Part shown: in pieces, positions 37,117 through 46,684 of the stretch | Layout: every line of letters starts with the position of its first letter | Numbering within the stretch: the stretch's first letter is position 1 | Origin: Bacteroidales bacterium | Lineage (GTDB): Bacteria > Bacteroidota > Bacteroidia > Bacteroidales > P3 | Direction: 5' to 3' | NCBI GenBank assembly: GCA_017645585.1 | Contig: JAGCOF010000007.1 | Coordinates: 49 to 64,048 of the forward strand | DNA length: 64,000 bases | Notes under the pieces: model-generated | The model's database searches: none | Told to the model about the DNA's origin: nothing | The model's input: the letters and a program-made list of their open reading frames with translations, nothing else | Made by a program: the position numbers and the translations under genes

Positions 37117-38139
37117 TTAAAAGAGCTCCTGCTGGTTACCGTTGGTCTTCAGCTTGCCGAGGTGCTGATAGGCGAGCATAGTGGCCTCGCGACCTCGGGG
37201 GGTGCGCATGAGGTAGCCCTCCTGAATGAGGTAGGGCTCGTAGACCTCCTCGACGGTGCCAGCTTCCTCGCCGACGGCGGTGGCAATGGTGTTGATGCCC
37301 ACAGGCCCGCCCTTGAACTTGTCGATGATGGTGGTGAGGATGCGTATATCCATGTCGTCCAAGCCGTTACGGTCCACATTAAGGGCCTGCAACGCATAGC
37401 GGGCGATGTCGAGGGTGATGGTACCGTCGCCCTTGACCTGGGCAAAGTCGCGCACACGGCGCAGCAGACGGTTGGCGATACGGGGGGTGCCGCGGCTGCG
37501 GCGCGCAATCTCGATGGCGCTCTCGGAGGTAATCTTCACCTGCAGGAGGCCCGCCGAACGGTTGACAATCTTGGTAAGCGTCTCGGTGTCATAGTATTCC
37601 AGACGGCTATTGATGCCGAAACGGGCACGCAGGGGGGCGGTGAGCATGCCGCTGCGGGTGGTGGCCCCGATGAGGGTGAAGGGCTTGAGGCCCAACTGCA
37701 CAGAGCGTGCCGCAGGGCCGCTTTCAATCATGATGTCGATACGGAAGTCCTCCATGGCGGAGTAGAGATACTCCTCGATGACAGGCGAGAGGCGGTGGAT
37801 TTCGTCGATGAAAAGCACGTCGTTGGCTTGCAGCGAGGTGAGCAGTCCGGCGAGGTCGCCGGGTTTGTCGAGGACCGGGCCGCTGGTGGTCTTGATATTG
37901 ACACCCAGCTCGTTGGCGATGATATTGGAGAGGGTGGTCTTGCCGAGGCCCGGGGGGCCGTAGAGGAGCACATGGTCGAGGGGCTCGTGGCGCTCCTTGG
38001 CGGCACGGACAAAGACCTTGAGGTTCTCAACCACCTGCTGCTGACCGGCGAAACTGTCGAACCCCGAGGGGCGCAACGCACGCTCTATATCTTTCTCCTG
38101 CGCAGAGATACTGCGGCTGTCGAGGCTATCGTTAATCAC
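37117..38139 (-). CDS. ruvB: Holliday junction branch migration DNA helicase RuvB
   Basis: [10 protein letters not shown] Walker A, DEIHRL Walker B, full-length RuvB-like sequence. Confidence 0.95.
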   Translation of the reverse strand: MINDSLDSRSISAQEKDIERALRPSGFDSFAGQQQVVENLKVFVRAAKERHEPLDHVLLYGPPGLGKTTLSNIIANELGVNIKTTSGPVLDKPGDLAGLLTSLQANDVLFIDEIHRLSPVIEEYLYSAMEDFRIDIMIESGPAARSVQLGLKPFTLIGATTRSGMLTAPLRARFGINSRLEYYDTETLTKIVNRSAGLLQVKITSESAIEIARRSRGTPRIANRLLRRVRDFAQVKGDGTITLDIARYALQALNVDRNGLDDMDIRILTTIIDKFKGGPVGINTIATAVGEEAGTVEEVYEPYLIQEGYLMRTPRGREATMLAYQHLGKLKTNGNQQELF

Positions 38140-38186
38140 TGTCGATAATTGAATTATAAGGTGCTCGTGACCTTCGGTTCATGGTG

Positions 38187-38194
38187 CAAAAGTA
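38187..38194 (-). promoter_or_regulatory. -7 box TACTTTTG upstream of ruvB
   Basis: 47 nt before ATG 38139. Confidence 0.5.
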
Positions 38195-38301
38195 CGAAAG
38201 TTATGCGAACTGACAAAATTTTTTTTCATCAATCAAGGAATTGTCACACAATAATATCGCGCGCGTTGCGTTGTAGTATGTCAAATAGAATCATGCAAAG
38301 G

Positions 38302-39141
38302 ATGAAATCGATTATTGTCGGAACCGACTTTTCTGAAGGCTCTTACGCCGCTCTGGAGCTGGCCGTGGACGTGGCCAACCGCATGCAATGCGACATACTG
38401 CTGGTGTGGGTGCGCCGCGAGAAGATGCTCTTCACGGGCGAGCAACTCGACATGCTCACCAGCCTGGCCAAGGACAAACTGCAGGCCCTCTGCGACCGCT
38501 ACAACCCCAAGATGACGACGGGCAAGATACACAGCACCATCGTCAACGGCAAGGTGTCGACTGCCATCGCCGAGGTGGCCAAGCGCGAGCTGGCGCCGCT
38601 GATCATCATCGGCACCAACGGCGCCTCGGGCTTCGAGAAATATGTCATCGGCAGCCAGGCAGCACGCATCGTGCAGGACTCGCCCTGCCCCGTGTTGACC
38701 ATGCGCCAGGGTTTCGACTTCCACAAGAAGCTGGAGCGCATCGTGGTGCCGCTGCGCGTCAACGCCAACTCGCGCCAGAAGGTGCCGCCTGCGGCCTCCA
38801 TGGCCAAGATTTTCGGCTCGGAGGTGCACATCCTCGGCCTGCTCGACCTCAAGGAGGAGGAGTCGGCCCTGCGCACCTACATCAACCAAAGCATTGATTT
38901 CCTGGAGCGTGAACGGGTGCCCTACCACTTCGAGATACGCACCTATTCGACCTATAGCGACACGGTGCTGAACTATGCCGACGAAATCAAGGCCGACATG
39001 GTCATCATCAATACCGAGCAGGACCGCGTCATCAGCCAGCTCTTCCTCGGCACCAACGCACAGCAGATCGTCCACAAGTCGCAGATCCCCGTGCTCTGCA
39101 TCCACCCCGAGGACTACATCAACGTCGCCGCCAAAGTGTGA
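38302..39141 (+). CDS. Universal stress protein (tandem Usp domains)
   Basis: MKSIIVGTDFSEGS start and two Usp-like halves. Alternative in-frame ATGs lie at 38278 and 38293. Confidence 0.7.
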   Translation: MKSIIVGTDFSEGSYAALELAVDVANRMQCDILLVWVRREKMLFTGEQLDMLTSLAKDKLQALCDRYNPKMTTGKIHSTIVNGKVSTAIAEVAKRELAPLIIIGTNGASGFEKYVIGSQAARIVQDSPCPVLTMRQGFDFHKKLERIVVPLRVNANSRQKVPPAASMAKIFGSEVHILGLLDLKEEESALRTYINQSIDFLERERVPYHFEIRTYSTYSDTVLNYADEIKADMVIINTEQDRVISQLFLGTNAQQIVHKSQIPVLCIHPEDYINVAAKV

Positions 39142-40361
39142 TGGAGCACGACGTGATTATTGTCGGTGCCGGCGCCGCAGGCCTCATGGCGGCCGTGGTA
39201 GCGGCCGAGCGTGGCCGCAACGTGTTGCTGCTGGAAAAGATGGACCAGGCTGGCCGCAAGTTGCGCATCACCGGCAAGGGCCGCTGCAACCTCACCAACA
39301 CCTCGCCGCTGCGCGACACACTGACCCACATAGGGCCCGACAGCCGCTGGCTACGCAACGCCTATGGACGCTTCTTCAACCAGGAGCTGATGGACTTCTT
39401 CGAAAGCCGTGGTGTGGCGCTGACAGTGGAGCGCGGCAACCGCGTGTATCCCGCCTCCGGAAAGTCGCTCGACATCTTCCTGGCCCTCATCAACGAGTTG
39501 GAGCAACGCGACAACGTCACCATCCGTAAGAACACTACTGTCAAAAAGATAGAGACATTTGAAGGACAAGCCACCGCCGTCATCCTGCAAAACGGCGAGC
39601 GCATCGCCTGCCGCCACATCGTGCTGGCCACCGGAGGCCTCTCCTACCCCACCACAGGCAGCACCGGCGCCGGCCTGCGCATGGCTGCTGAATTAGGCCA
39701 CACCGTCACCGAGCCCGTGCCCGCCTTGGTCGCCCTGCGCTGCCAGGAGCAAATTCCCACGGAGCTCGTGGGCTTCCAACTGAAGAATGTGGCGCTCACC
39801 GTGGCCGGCAAGAGCTTCTTTGGCGAGATGACCTTCTGCGACGACGGATTGGCGGGTCCCATTGTGCTCAGCGCCAGCCGTCTGGCCAGCCGCCCCCTGC
39901 ACGAGGGACAGACCCTCGAGGCACAGCTCGACCTCAAGCCCGCCCTCAGCCCCGAACAGCTGGACCGCCGTCTGCAAGCCGACCTGGCCGCCAACGGCAC
40001 CCGCATCTTCAATGACGCCCTGCGCATGTGGTTGCCAGCCGAACTGATACCTTTGGCGTTGAAACAATTACACATAGAATACTACAAGCGCCTGCACCAG
40101 ATTACCGGTGACGAGCGCCGACGCCTGGGGCGCTGGCTCAAAGCGGTACCCTTCACCCTCACAGGCACACATGACTACAACGAGGCCATCATCACCCAAG
40201 GGGGCGTAAGCGTTGCCGAGGTAAATCCCAAGACCATGGAATCCAAACTGATACAGGGCCTGTATATTGTCGGCGAACTGCTCGATCTCGACGCCGACAC
40301 GGGCGGCTACAACCTGCAGATAGCCTTCTCCACAGGCCATGCCGCCGGACAAGCAGTATAG
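39141..40361 (+). CDS. HI0933/BaiN-like NAD(P)/FAD-dependent oxidoreductase
   Basis: DVIIVGAGAAGLMAA dinucleotide fold, GRKLRITGKGRCNLTN motif, about 406 aa. The start overlaps the usp stop (TGATG). Confidence 0.8.
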   Translation: MEHDVIIVGAGAAGLMAAVVAAERGRNVLLLEKMDQAGRKLRITGKGRCNLTNTSPLRDTLTHIGPDSRWLRNAYGRFFNQELMDFFESRGVALTVERGNRVYPASGKSLDIFLALINELEQRDNVTIRKNTTVKKIETFEGQATAVILQNGERIACRHIVLATGGLSYPTTGSTGAGLRMAAELGHTVTEPVPALVALRCQEQIPTELVGFQLKNVALTVAGKSFFGEMTFCDDGLAGPIVLSASRLASRPLHEGQTLEAQLDLKPALSPEQLDRRLQADLAANGTRIFNDALRMWLPAELIPLALKQLHIEYYKRLHQITGDERRRLGRWLKAVPFTLTGTHDYNEAIITQGGVSVAEVNPKTMESKLIQGLYIVGELLDLDADTGGYNLQIAFSTGHAAGQAV

Positions 40362-40371
40362 ACACAAAAAA

Positions 40372-40394
40372 AAGACGCTCAAATTGAGCGTCTT
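40372..40394. terminator. Bidirectional intrinsic terminator between the flavoprotein gene (+) and rpmF (-)
   Basis: AAGACGCTC-aaatt-GAGCGTCTT perfect 9-bp stem flanked by an A-run upstream and a T-run downstream. Confidence 0.7.
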
Positions 40395-40416
40395 TTCATT
40401 TGGTCGCAAGTCCTTG

Positions 40417-40602
40417 TTACTCTTCAGCGCCTTTTTCGATGGCGAGTTTACCACGATAGTAGCCGCACTCGGGGCAAACGTGGTGGTACATGACTTGGGC
40501 ACCGCAGTTGCTGCAAGTAGTCAACTGCGCTTTCTCCAACGCATCGTGCGTTCTTCTCTTGGCCGTACGGGTCTGCGAGAATCTGTGTTTTGGATGTGGC
40601 AT
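40417..40602 (-). CDS. rpmF: 50S ribosomal protein L32
   Basis: 61 aa, MPHPKHRFSQTRTAKRRTH..., CxxC...CxxC zinc ribbon. Confidence 0.9.
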   Translation of the reverse strand: MPHPKHRFSQTRTAKRRTHDALEKAQLTTCSNCGAQVMYHHVCPECGYYRGKLAIEKGAEE

Positions 40603-40623
40603 ATTATTACTTTTTTTTGTTTA

Positions 40624-41130
40624 TTATTTCAATTCCTTTAGTGCTTCCCAGCGAGGGTCCACGTAATCATCGCCATGCGGTTGCTCTTCATCAGCGATGT
40701 ACTTCACCATCTCAGGGTCACATTCTCCTTCGGGGTGCGCGTGCTGCATCGGGATTCTCACGGCCACATACTCATACATCCACGGTGTGAGGTCTATCTC
40801 GTTGGCACTCTCGGGCAAGATGGCTGTCTCCTCGTCGTTGCTTTCCTCGGTGTCGCTGAAGCGCACATTCAGGCGCTCTTCGCCACTCACCCCCACTTTT
40901 ATCTCTCCGAGGCATCTGTCGCATGCCGTCGTCACCTCGCCGTTGAAGGAAAAAGTGAACAACAAAACATGCTCCGTCCGCTCCATTTTGACATCAAAAT
41001 TCACTTTTCCACCCTTGATTTCTTCGTTTTTGAAGGCCTCGAAGAAGGCGTCATCCAGCAGGAAGTCATACTTATAAATACCTGACTTTAAGCCGGTAAA
41101 GCGAATTACTCTGTCGTCATTCTTGCTCAT
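40624..41130 (-). CDS. YceD/DUF177 family protein
   Basis: 168 aa directly upstream of rpmF (conserved yceD-rpmF pairing). CDRC motif. Confidence 0.8.
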   Translation of the reverse strand: MSKNDDRVIRFTGLKSGIYKYDFLLDDAFFEAFKNEEIKGGKVNFDVKMERTEHVLLFTFSFNGEVTTACDRCLGEIKVGVSGEERLNVRFSDTEESNDEETAILPESANEIDLTPWMYEYVAVRIPMQHAHPEGECDPEMVKYIADEEQPHGDDYVDPRWEALKELK

Positions 41131-41151
41131 TTCACACTCCTATTGAGTGTG

Positions 41152-41159
41152 CAAAAATA
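41152..41159 (-). promoter_or_regulatory. -7 box TATTTTTG upstream of yceD-rpmF
   Basis: 21 nt before ATG 41130. Confidence 0.55.
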
Positions 41160-41254
41160 CAAAGAAAAATCAAACTGACAAAAAAAACTTTCATTTCGAG
41201 GAAGATATTTTGTGTCAGAAATATGTTTTTTCATTCCATATGACATTTTTTTCG

Positions 41255-41262
41255 TATTTTTG
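41255..41262 (+). promoter_or_regulatory. -7 box TATTTTTG upstream of the LysE-like gene
   Basis: 21 nt before ATG 41284. Confidence 0.5.
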
Positions 41263-41283
41263 CAGTTTGAATTTTCGACCCGT

Positions 41284-42039
41284 ATGGAGATACTGATTGG
41301 CTTACTCTGCGGCATAGTGTTCTCGCTGTTCTTCAGCTTCGGCCCTGGTTTCTGGGGACTGATTCAGAACAGCATACACTATGGTTTCCGCAAAGGTGTA
41401 GCATTTGAGGTGGGCGTCAACCTGAGCGATATTGTGATGGTTGTGCTCCTGCTGACGCTGCTCAACAAAGACTCCATCACCTCCACACTTCACACCCCGG
41501 CAGCTTCCATCATCGGCGGGTCGGTAGTCATCATTTTCGGTATCTACACCCTGCTGCGCCGCCCCGAATCGACCAAAGAGAGCAAAGGCCGTCTGCGCGT
41601 GGTGCTCAAGCAGGCACCCCAAAGCCGCGAACTGATGCTGCACGGCTTTCTGCTCAACACCTTCAACCCCTCCATCTGGCTCTATTGGGCAGCCCTGATT
41701 GCGGTGGTGAAGGCCGAGGTCAGCATGAACGACCTGGAGGCTTTTCTGTTCTTTATCAGCATGTTGTTGGGCGAATTGTCGGGCGGCATCCTCAAATGCC
41801 GACTGGCCTCGATGCTGCAGAACACCCTCTCACCCAAGGTGCTCACCACCGTCAACCACGTGGTGGGTGCAATACTGATTGCCTTGGGTGCCTACATGAT
41901 TATCTCAATGGTTGTCAGCCTGAAGCACCCCGAGCGCAACGACAAGGAACCCACCGAAGTGGTGACCCAAATCATCCATCAGTCGCTCCACGCCAAAGAC
42001 AGCACCCGCAACAGCGACACCACTTTCTTCCTGCGATAA
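41284..42039 (+). CDS. LysE/RhtB-type membrane translocator (tentative)
   Basis: Multi-TM hydrophobic protein. ATG 41284 lies 21 nt after a TATTTTTG -7 box. The family call is tentative. Confidence 0.5.
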   Translation: MEILIGLLCGIVFSLFFSFGPGFWGLIQNSIHYGFRKGVAFEVGVNLSDIVMVVLLLTLLNKDSITSTLHTPAASIIGGSVVIIFGIYTLLRRPESTKESKGRLRVVLKQAPQSRELMLHGFLLNTFNPSIWLYWAALIAVVKAEVSMNDLEAFLFFISMLLGELSGGILKCRLASMLQNTLSPKVLTTVNHVVGAILIALGAYMIISMVVSLKHPERNDKEPTEVVTQIIHQSLHAKDSTRNSDTTFFLR

Positions 42040-42106
42040 GGCACATAAAAAAAGCTCCCCGCCACCAGAACGGCAGCGGAGAGCGTCCATGAAACATTTT
42101 TTTTAC

Positions 42107-44260
42107 TTATTCCCTTGCAGCCAGCAGCAACTCCATCATCTTGATGGCCGAAGTGCTGACAGGTGTGCCAGGTCCGAAAATGGCGGCCACGCCGGCATCG
42201 AACAGGAACTGATAGTCCTGCGGCGGAATAACGCCACCGGCAACCACCATAATATCCTCGCGGCCAAGCTTTTTCAGTTCCTCAATCACCTGCGGCAACA
42301 GGGTCTTGTGACCAGCCGCCAGCGAGCTGGCACCGAAAATGTGCACGTCGTTCTCCACGGCCTGCTTGGCAGCCTCGGCGGGTGTCTGGAACAGCGGACC
42401 CATATCGACATCGAAGCCCATGTCGGCGTAGCCGGTGGCTACCACCTTGGCGCCGCGGTCGTGACCGTCCTGGCCCATCTTGGCCACCATGATACGGGGA
42501 CGGCGGCCCTCCAACTTGGCAAATTTATCGGTGAGCTCCTGCGCTTTCTTGAAGGCGTCGCTCTCTTTGGTTTGACTGCTGTACACGTTGCTGATAAGGT
42601 TGATTTTGGCTTTATAGCGTCCGAAGACTTTCTCCAGGGCGTAGCTGATTTCGCCCAGCGAGGCGCGCTTGCGGGCGGCATCGATGCTGAGGTCCAGCAG
42701 GTTGCCTTTGCCGGTGCGGGCGCACTCGGTCAGCGCGTCGAGGGCGGCGTTGACGGCCTCGTTGTCGCGCTCGGCACGCAGCTTGTGCAGACGCTCAATC
42801 TGGGCGTTGCGCACAGCGGTATTATCGATTTCGAGAGTCTCGATGGGGTCCTCGTGGTCGAGGCGGTACTTGTTGATACCCACGATGGTATCCACATTGG
42901 AGTCGATGCGGCTCTGCTTGCGGGCGCTGGCCTCCTCGATACGCATCTTGGGCACGCCGCTCTCGATGGCTTTAGCCATACCGCCGAGCTTCTCCACCTC
43001 CTGGATGTGAGCCCACGCACGGTGTGCCAGCTCATGGGTGAGGGTCTCGACATAATAGCTGCCGGCCCAAGGATCTACCACACGGCAGATATTGGTCTCT
43101 TCCTGCAAGTAAATCTGAGTGTTACGGGCGATACGGGCGCTGAAATCGGTAGGCAGGGCGATGGCCTCGTCGAGGGCGTTGGTGTGCAGGCTCTGCGTGT
43201 GACCAAGAGCGGCACCCATAGCCTCAATGCAGGTACGGGCCACATTATTGAAGGGATCCTGCTCCGTAAGGCTCCAACCCGACGTCTGGCTGTGAGTACG
43301 CAGGGCCAACGATTTGGGGTTCTTGGGGTTAAACTGACTGACAATCTTGGCCCACAGCATACGGGCAGCGCGCATCTTGGCAATCTCCATGAATTGGTTC
43401 ATACCCACGCCCCAGAAGAACGACAGACGCGGCGCAAAGTCGTCGACGCTCATGCCCGCGCTGATACCGGCACGCAGATACTCCAAGCCGTCGGCCAGCG
43501 TGTAGGCCAATTCAATATCGGCGGTGGCGCCGGCTTCCTGCATGTGGTAACCTGAGATACTGATACTGTTGAATTTGGGCATGTGTTTCGAGGTATACTC
43601 AAAGATGTCGGCGATAATCTTCATCGACGGCAGCGGAGGGTAGATATAGGTGTTGCGCACCATAAACTCCTTCAGGATGTCGTTCTGGATGGTGCCCTGC
43701 AGTTGGTCTTGCGACACACCCTGCTCCTCAGCAGCGATGATATAGAAGGCCAAGATAGGGAGCACGGCGCCGTTCATGGTCATTGAGACGGACATCCTAC
43801 CCAGGTCAATCTGGTCGAACAAAATCTTCATGTCGAGGATGCTGTCGATGGCCACACCGGCTTTACCCACATCGCCCACCACACGCTCGTGGTCCGAGTC
43901 GTAGCCACGGTGGGTGGCCAGGTCGAAGGCGCAGCTCAGACCCTTCTGACCAGCAGCTATGTTGCGACGGTAGAAGGCGTTACTTTCCTCGGCGGTCGAG
44001 AAACCGGCATACTGACGGATGGTCCAGGGACGCATCACATACATCGTCGAATAGGGGCCACGCAGGAAGGGGGCGATACCGGCGGCGTAGTTCAGGTGCT
44101 CCATACCCTCCAGGTCCTTCTTGCCATAGGCGGGCTTCACATCGATCTGCTCCGGAGTCTTCCAATTCTTCTCATTATGTGCTTCTTTCTCCCATTCGGC
44201 GAAAGATTCGCGCTTTCCATCGACAGCGCGGAAGTCGACATTCTGAAAGTTAGGTCTCAT
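42107..44260 (-). CDS. mutB: Methylmalonyl-CoA mutase, large (catalytic) subunit with B12-binding domain
   Basis: 717 aa. [18 protein letters not shown] and QNDILKEF motifs. C-terminal B12 domain [11 protein letters not shown]. Confidence 0.9.
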   Translation of the reverse strand: MRPNFQNVDFRAVDGKRESFAEWEKEAHNEKNWKTPEQIDVKPAYGKKDLEGMEHLNYAAGIAPFLRGPYSTMYVMRPWTIRQYAGFSTAEESNAFYRRNIAAGQKGLSCAFDLATHRGYDSDHERVVGDVGKAGVAIDSILDMKILFDQIDLGRMSVSMTMNGAVLPILAFYIIAAEEQGVSQDQLQGTIQNDILKEFMVRNTYIYPPLPSMKIIADIFEYTSKHMPKFNSISISGYHMQEAGATADIELAYTLADGLEYLRAGISAGMSVDDFAPRLSFFWGVGMNQFMEIAKMRAARMLWAKIVSQFNPKNPKSLALRTHSQTSGWSLTEQDPFNNVARTCIEAMGAALGHTQSLHTNALDEAIALPTDFSARIARNTQIYLQEETNICRVVDPWAGSYYVETLTHELAHRAWAHIQEVEKLGGMAKAIESGVPKMRIEEASARKQSRIDSNVDTIVGINKYRLDHEDPIETLEIDNTAVRNAQIERLHKLRAERDNEAVNAALDALTECARTGKGNLLDLSIDAARKRASLGEISYALEKVFGRYKAKINLISNVYSSQTKESDAFKKAQELTDKFAKLEGRRPRIMVAKMGQDGHDRGAKVVATGYADMGFDVDMGPLFQTPAEAAKQAVENDVHIFGASSLAAGHKTLLPQVIEELKKLGREDIMVVAGGVIPPQDYQFLFDAGVAAIFGPGTPVSTSAIKMMELLLAARE

Positions 44261-44302
44261 TATCAGACGTTTATATCGTTATCGTATCGTATTATTAAAA
44301 TG

Positions 44303-44310
44303 CAAATATA
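44303..44310 (-). promoter_or_regulatory. -7 box TATATTTG upstream of mutB
   Basis: 42 nt before ATG 44260. Confidence 0.5.
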
Positions 44311-44439
44311 AATAATAAAATCGACACCGCAAAATAAAAATGCTTAGGGTCACGCATAATTAGCAGTGTGGTAATGGCCAACCCCCAACTGCTAACCGCT
44401 AACTATTAACCGTTTATAATGCTTATAAACCACCACTAC

Positions 44440-44522
44440 GGTAGTCGATGGGTAGTCCTTGGGAAGTCGATGGGTAGTCCTTGGGAAGTCGATGGGTAGT
44501 CCTTGGTAGGTTCTTGGTAAGG
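44440..44522. repeat. 22-bp direct tandem repeat (AGTCGATGGGTAGTCCTTGGGA x3) with a degenerate tail
   Basis: Units at 44443-44464 and 44465-44486 are identical. The unit at 44487-44508 differs only in its last positions. Confidence 0.8.
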
Positions 44523-44557
44523 CATTAGGGGGTGGTCTGGGCGGGGGTGCAGGGTGT

Positions 44558-44899
44558 CTATTTCTTTACGAGCTGGAGGTCGTAGTGGTGGTCGTAGCGG
44601 CCGCCCCCCAGGCTGTGTCCCCACGAGCCGCCGGGGCGCAGGGTTACCTCGCGGGTTTCCGACAGTCTCTCGCTGGGATTGAAGTAGTTGGTATACAGCA
44701 GGGTGATGCTGTCGTCGCCGATGGTTTTGCACTTCACCGCGGGGTAGCCCAACATGCTTCTGTCCCACTTCACCTCCTCACCCTCGCACAGGTCGGCAAC
44801 AGGGCAAAAGTATTCTGACCGGCCACTCACATCACGGCCGAGCGAGTCCTCGCCTTCGTAGCTGTTCACATACTTCAATATACAATCACCCAAATCCAT
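44558..44899 (-). CDS. Hypothetical protein (113 aa)
   Basis: ORF begins 11 nt after the ackA stop on the same strand and has coding-like composition. I recognise no family. Confidence 0.4.
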   Translation of the reverse strand: MDLGDCILKYVNSYEGEDSLGRDVSGRSEYFCPVADLCEGEEVKWDRSMLGYPAVKCKTIGDDSITLLYTNYFNPSERLSETREVTLRPGGSWGHSLGGGRYDHHYDLQLVKK

Positions 44900-44910
44900 A
44901 TTTTGCTGAT

Positions 44911-46110
44911 TTATTGGCCGGTGACTATCTTGTAGGTATCCACGGCGATGGCCAGCTCCTCGTCTGTCTGCACCACAGCGGTGGTGACACGCGCACCAGG
45001 CTTGCTGATGACGGCATCGATGCCGGCGGTGCGGTCGTTGAGGTCCATATCTATCTCAACACCAAGCCAATCCATATCCTGCAGGATGGCGTGGCGCATA
45101 AACCAGGCGTTCTCGCCGATGCCGCCGGTGAAGATAAGCAGGTCGCAGCCGTTCATCTGCGCCATGAAGGCACCGATGTACTTCTTGCAGCGCTGCGCGA
45201 AGACTTCGAAAGCCAGGGTGTTACGCTTGTCACCTTGCTGCACACCGGCCCAAATGTCGCGCATATCGGGCGAGCCGCCGGTGAGGCCCACAAGACCGCT
45301 CTTTTTATATAGAATATCATTAGTTTCTTTCACGCTGAGATTGGCCTTCTCCATCAGGTAGAGCAGCGCGCCGACGTCGATGTCGCCGCAGCGCGAGCCC
45401 ATCGTGAGGCCCTCGAGGGAGGTCATACCCATCGAATTGTTCACGCTCTTGCCGTGATCAATGGCGCAGATGGAGGCACCGCTACCCAGATGGCAGGTGA
45501 TGATTTTCAGGTCCTTCCAATACTTACCAATCATCTTGGCACCGCGCTTGGCCACAAAACGGTGGCTGGTGCCGTGGAAACCATAGCGACGGATGCCATA
45601 CTGCTCATAGTATTCGTAGGGGATGCCGTAGAGGTAATTCTTCGGCTCGATGGTGAGGTTGAAGGCGGTGTCGAAGACGGCCACCTGCGGCACATCGGGC
45701 ATCACATTGTTGATGGCTTCGGCCCCCATGATGTTGCCCGGAATATGGAGCGGCGCCAAGTCGATGAGCGACTCTTCCTTGTTGATGACGTCGCGCGTAA
45801 TCTGCACGCTCCCAGTAAAATATTCTCCACCGTGAGCAAAACGGTGACCTATGGCACCCAACTCTTTGATGCTGGAGATGACACCCGTCTCGGGGTCGGT
45901 CAGCGCCGCCATCACCATGCGCAACCCTTCCGTGTGGTTGGGTATGGGGCACTCCGTGGTGTGCTTTTCGCCCTTGCTTGTGTAACTAAAGATGCCGCTC
46001 GGCAAACCGATACGTTCCAAGAGACCCTTGGTGAGCACCGTACGAGTATCCACGTCAATCAGCTGATACTTCAACGATGAACTGCCGCAATTGAGGACCA
46101 ATATCTTCAT
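44911..46110 (-). CDS. ackA: Acetate kinase
   Basis: MKILVLNCGSSSLKYQL N-terminus, HRFAHGG and FHGTSH motifs. The track ORF is extended upstream. Confidence 0.95.
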   Translation of the reverse strand: MKILVLNCGSSSLKYQLIDVDTRTVLTKGLLERIGLPSGIFSYTSKGEKHTTECPIPNHTEGLRMVMAALTDPETGVISSIKELGAIGHRFAHGGEYFTGSVQITRDVINKEESLIDLAPLHIPGNIMGAEAINNVMPDVPQVAVFDTAFNLTIEPKNYLYGIPYEYYEQYGIRRYGFHGTSHRFVAKRGAKMIGKYWKDLKIITCHLGSGASICAIDHGKSVNNSMGMTSLEGLTMGSRCGDIDVGALLYLMEKANLSVKETNDILYKKSGLVGLTGGSPDMRDIWAGVQQGDKRNTLAFEVFAQRCKKYIGAFMAQMNGCDLLIFTGGIGENAWFMRHAILQDMDWLGVEIDMDLNDRTAGIDAVISKPGARVTTAVVQTDEELAIAVDTYKIVTGQ

Positions 46111-46213
46111 AATAAGAGGTATTGAATTCGGAAAAATAACGCAAAACGGTCCTAAATATTGTGTTAAATTAACCTTTGGTGATTTTTTATTTGGCCATTT
46201 TGTTTTTTTTGCG

Positions 46214-46221
46214 TATCTTTG
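46214..46221 (+). promoter_or_regulatory. -7 box TATCTTTG upstream of the LMW-PTP gene
   Basis: Ends 4 nt before ATG 46226 (leaderless-type geometry). Confidence 0.55.
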
Positions 46222-46225
46222 CAAC

Positions 46226-46684
46226 ATGAAAAGAATACTTTTTGTATGCCACGGTAACATCTGCCGCAGCCCTATGGCTGAGTTCATGCTCAAGCGCATG
46301 GTGCGTCAAGCGGGCATGGAGGGTAACTATGAAATAGCCTCGGCGGCTACCCACGATGAGGAGATTGGCAACCCCGTCTATCCTATGGCGCGCCAAGAGC
46401 TGGCCAAACACGGCATCGGCTGCCCAGGTCATGCGGCACGCCAACTGACGCCCGACGACTACAGCCGCTACGACCTCATCGTCGGTATGGACGAGGCCAA
46501 CATGAACGACATGCATAAGCTCTTCGGCGGCGACCCGGACGGCAAATTGCACTTGATGATGGATTACGTGGGCAAACACCGCGATGTGGCCGACCCTTGG
46601 TTCACCCGCAACTTCACCGCCACCTGGAACGACCTCCAGGCCTCCCTCACCGCACTCTTCAACCAGCTAACCGCCAATGGCTGA
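46226..46684 (+). CDS. Low-molecular-weight protein-tyrosine phosphatase
   Basis: ILFVCHGNICRSPMAE P-loop (CX5R) and a DP motif near the C-terminus. A -7 box ends 5 nt before the ATG. Confidence 0.85.
   Translation: MKRILFVCHGNICRSPMAEFMLKRMVRQAGMEGNYEIASAATHDEEIGNPVYPMARQELAKHGIGCPGHAARQLTPDDYSRYDLIVGMDEANMNDMHKLFGGDPDGKLHLMMDYVGKHRDVADPWFTRNFTATWNDLQASLTALFNQLTANG

Noticed and set aside
42054-42084. Bidirectional terminator between the LysE-like gene and mutB (GCTCCCCGC ... GCGGAGAGC flanked by A- and T-runs).
   Set aside because: The stem has a mismatch (8/9 pairs) and a 13-nt loop. It is plausible but too weak to list as a feature.
44261-44440. Cobalamin riboswitch upstream of the B12-dependent mutB.
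   Set aside because: The predicted -7 box is only 42 nt from the ATG, leaving no room for an aptamer. I could not find a B12-box-like conserved core by eye. A covariance-model scan would be needed to exclude it formally.
44443-44508. Possible CRISPR array (22-bp direct repeats).
   Set aside because: The three units are contiguous with no spacers, the unit is shorter than typical CRISPR repeats, and no cas genes are present in the window.
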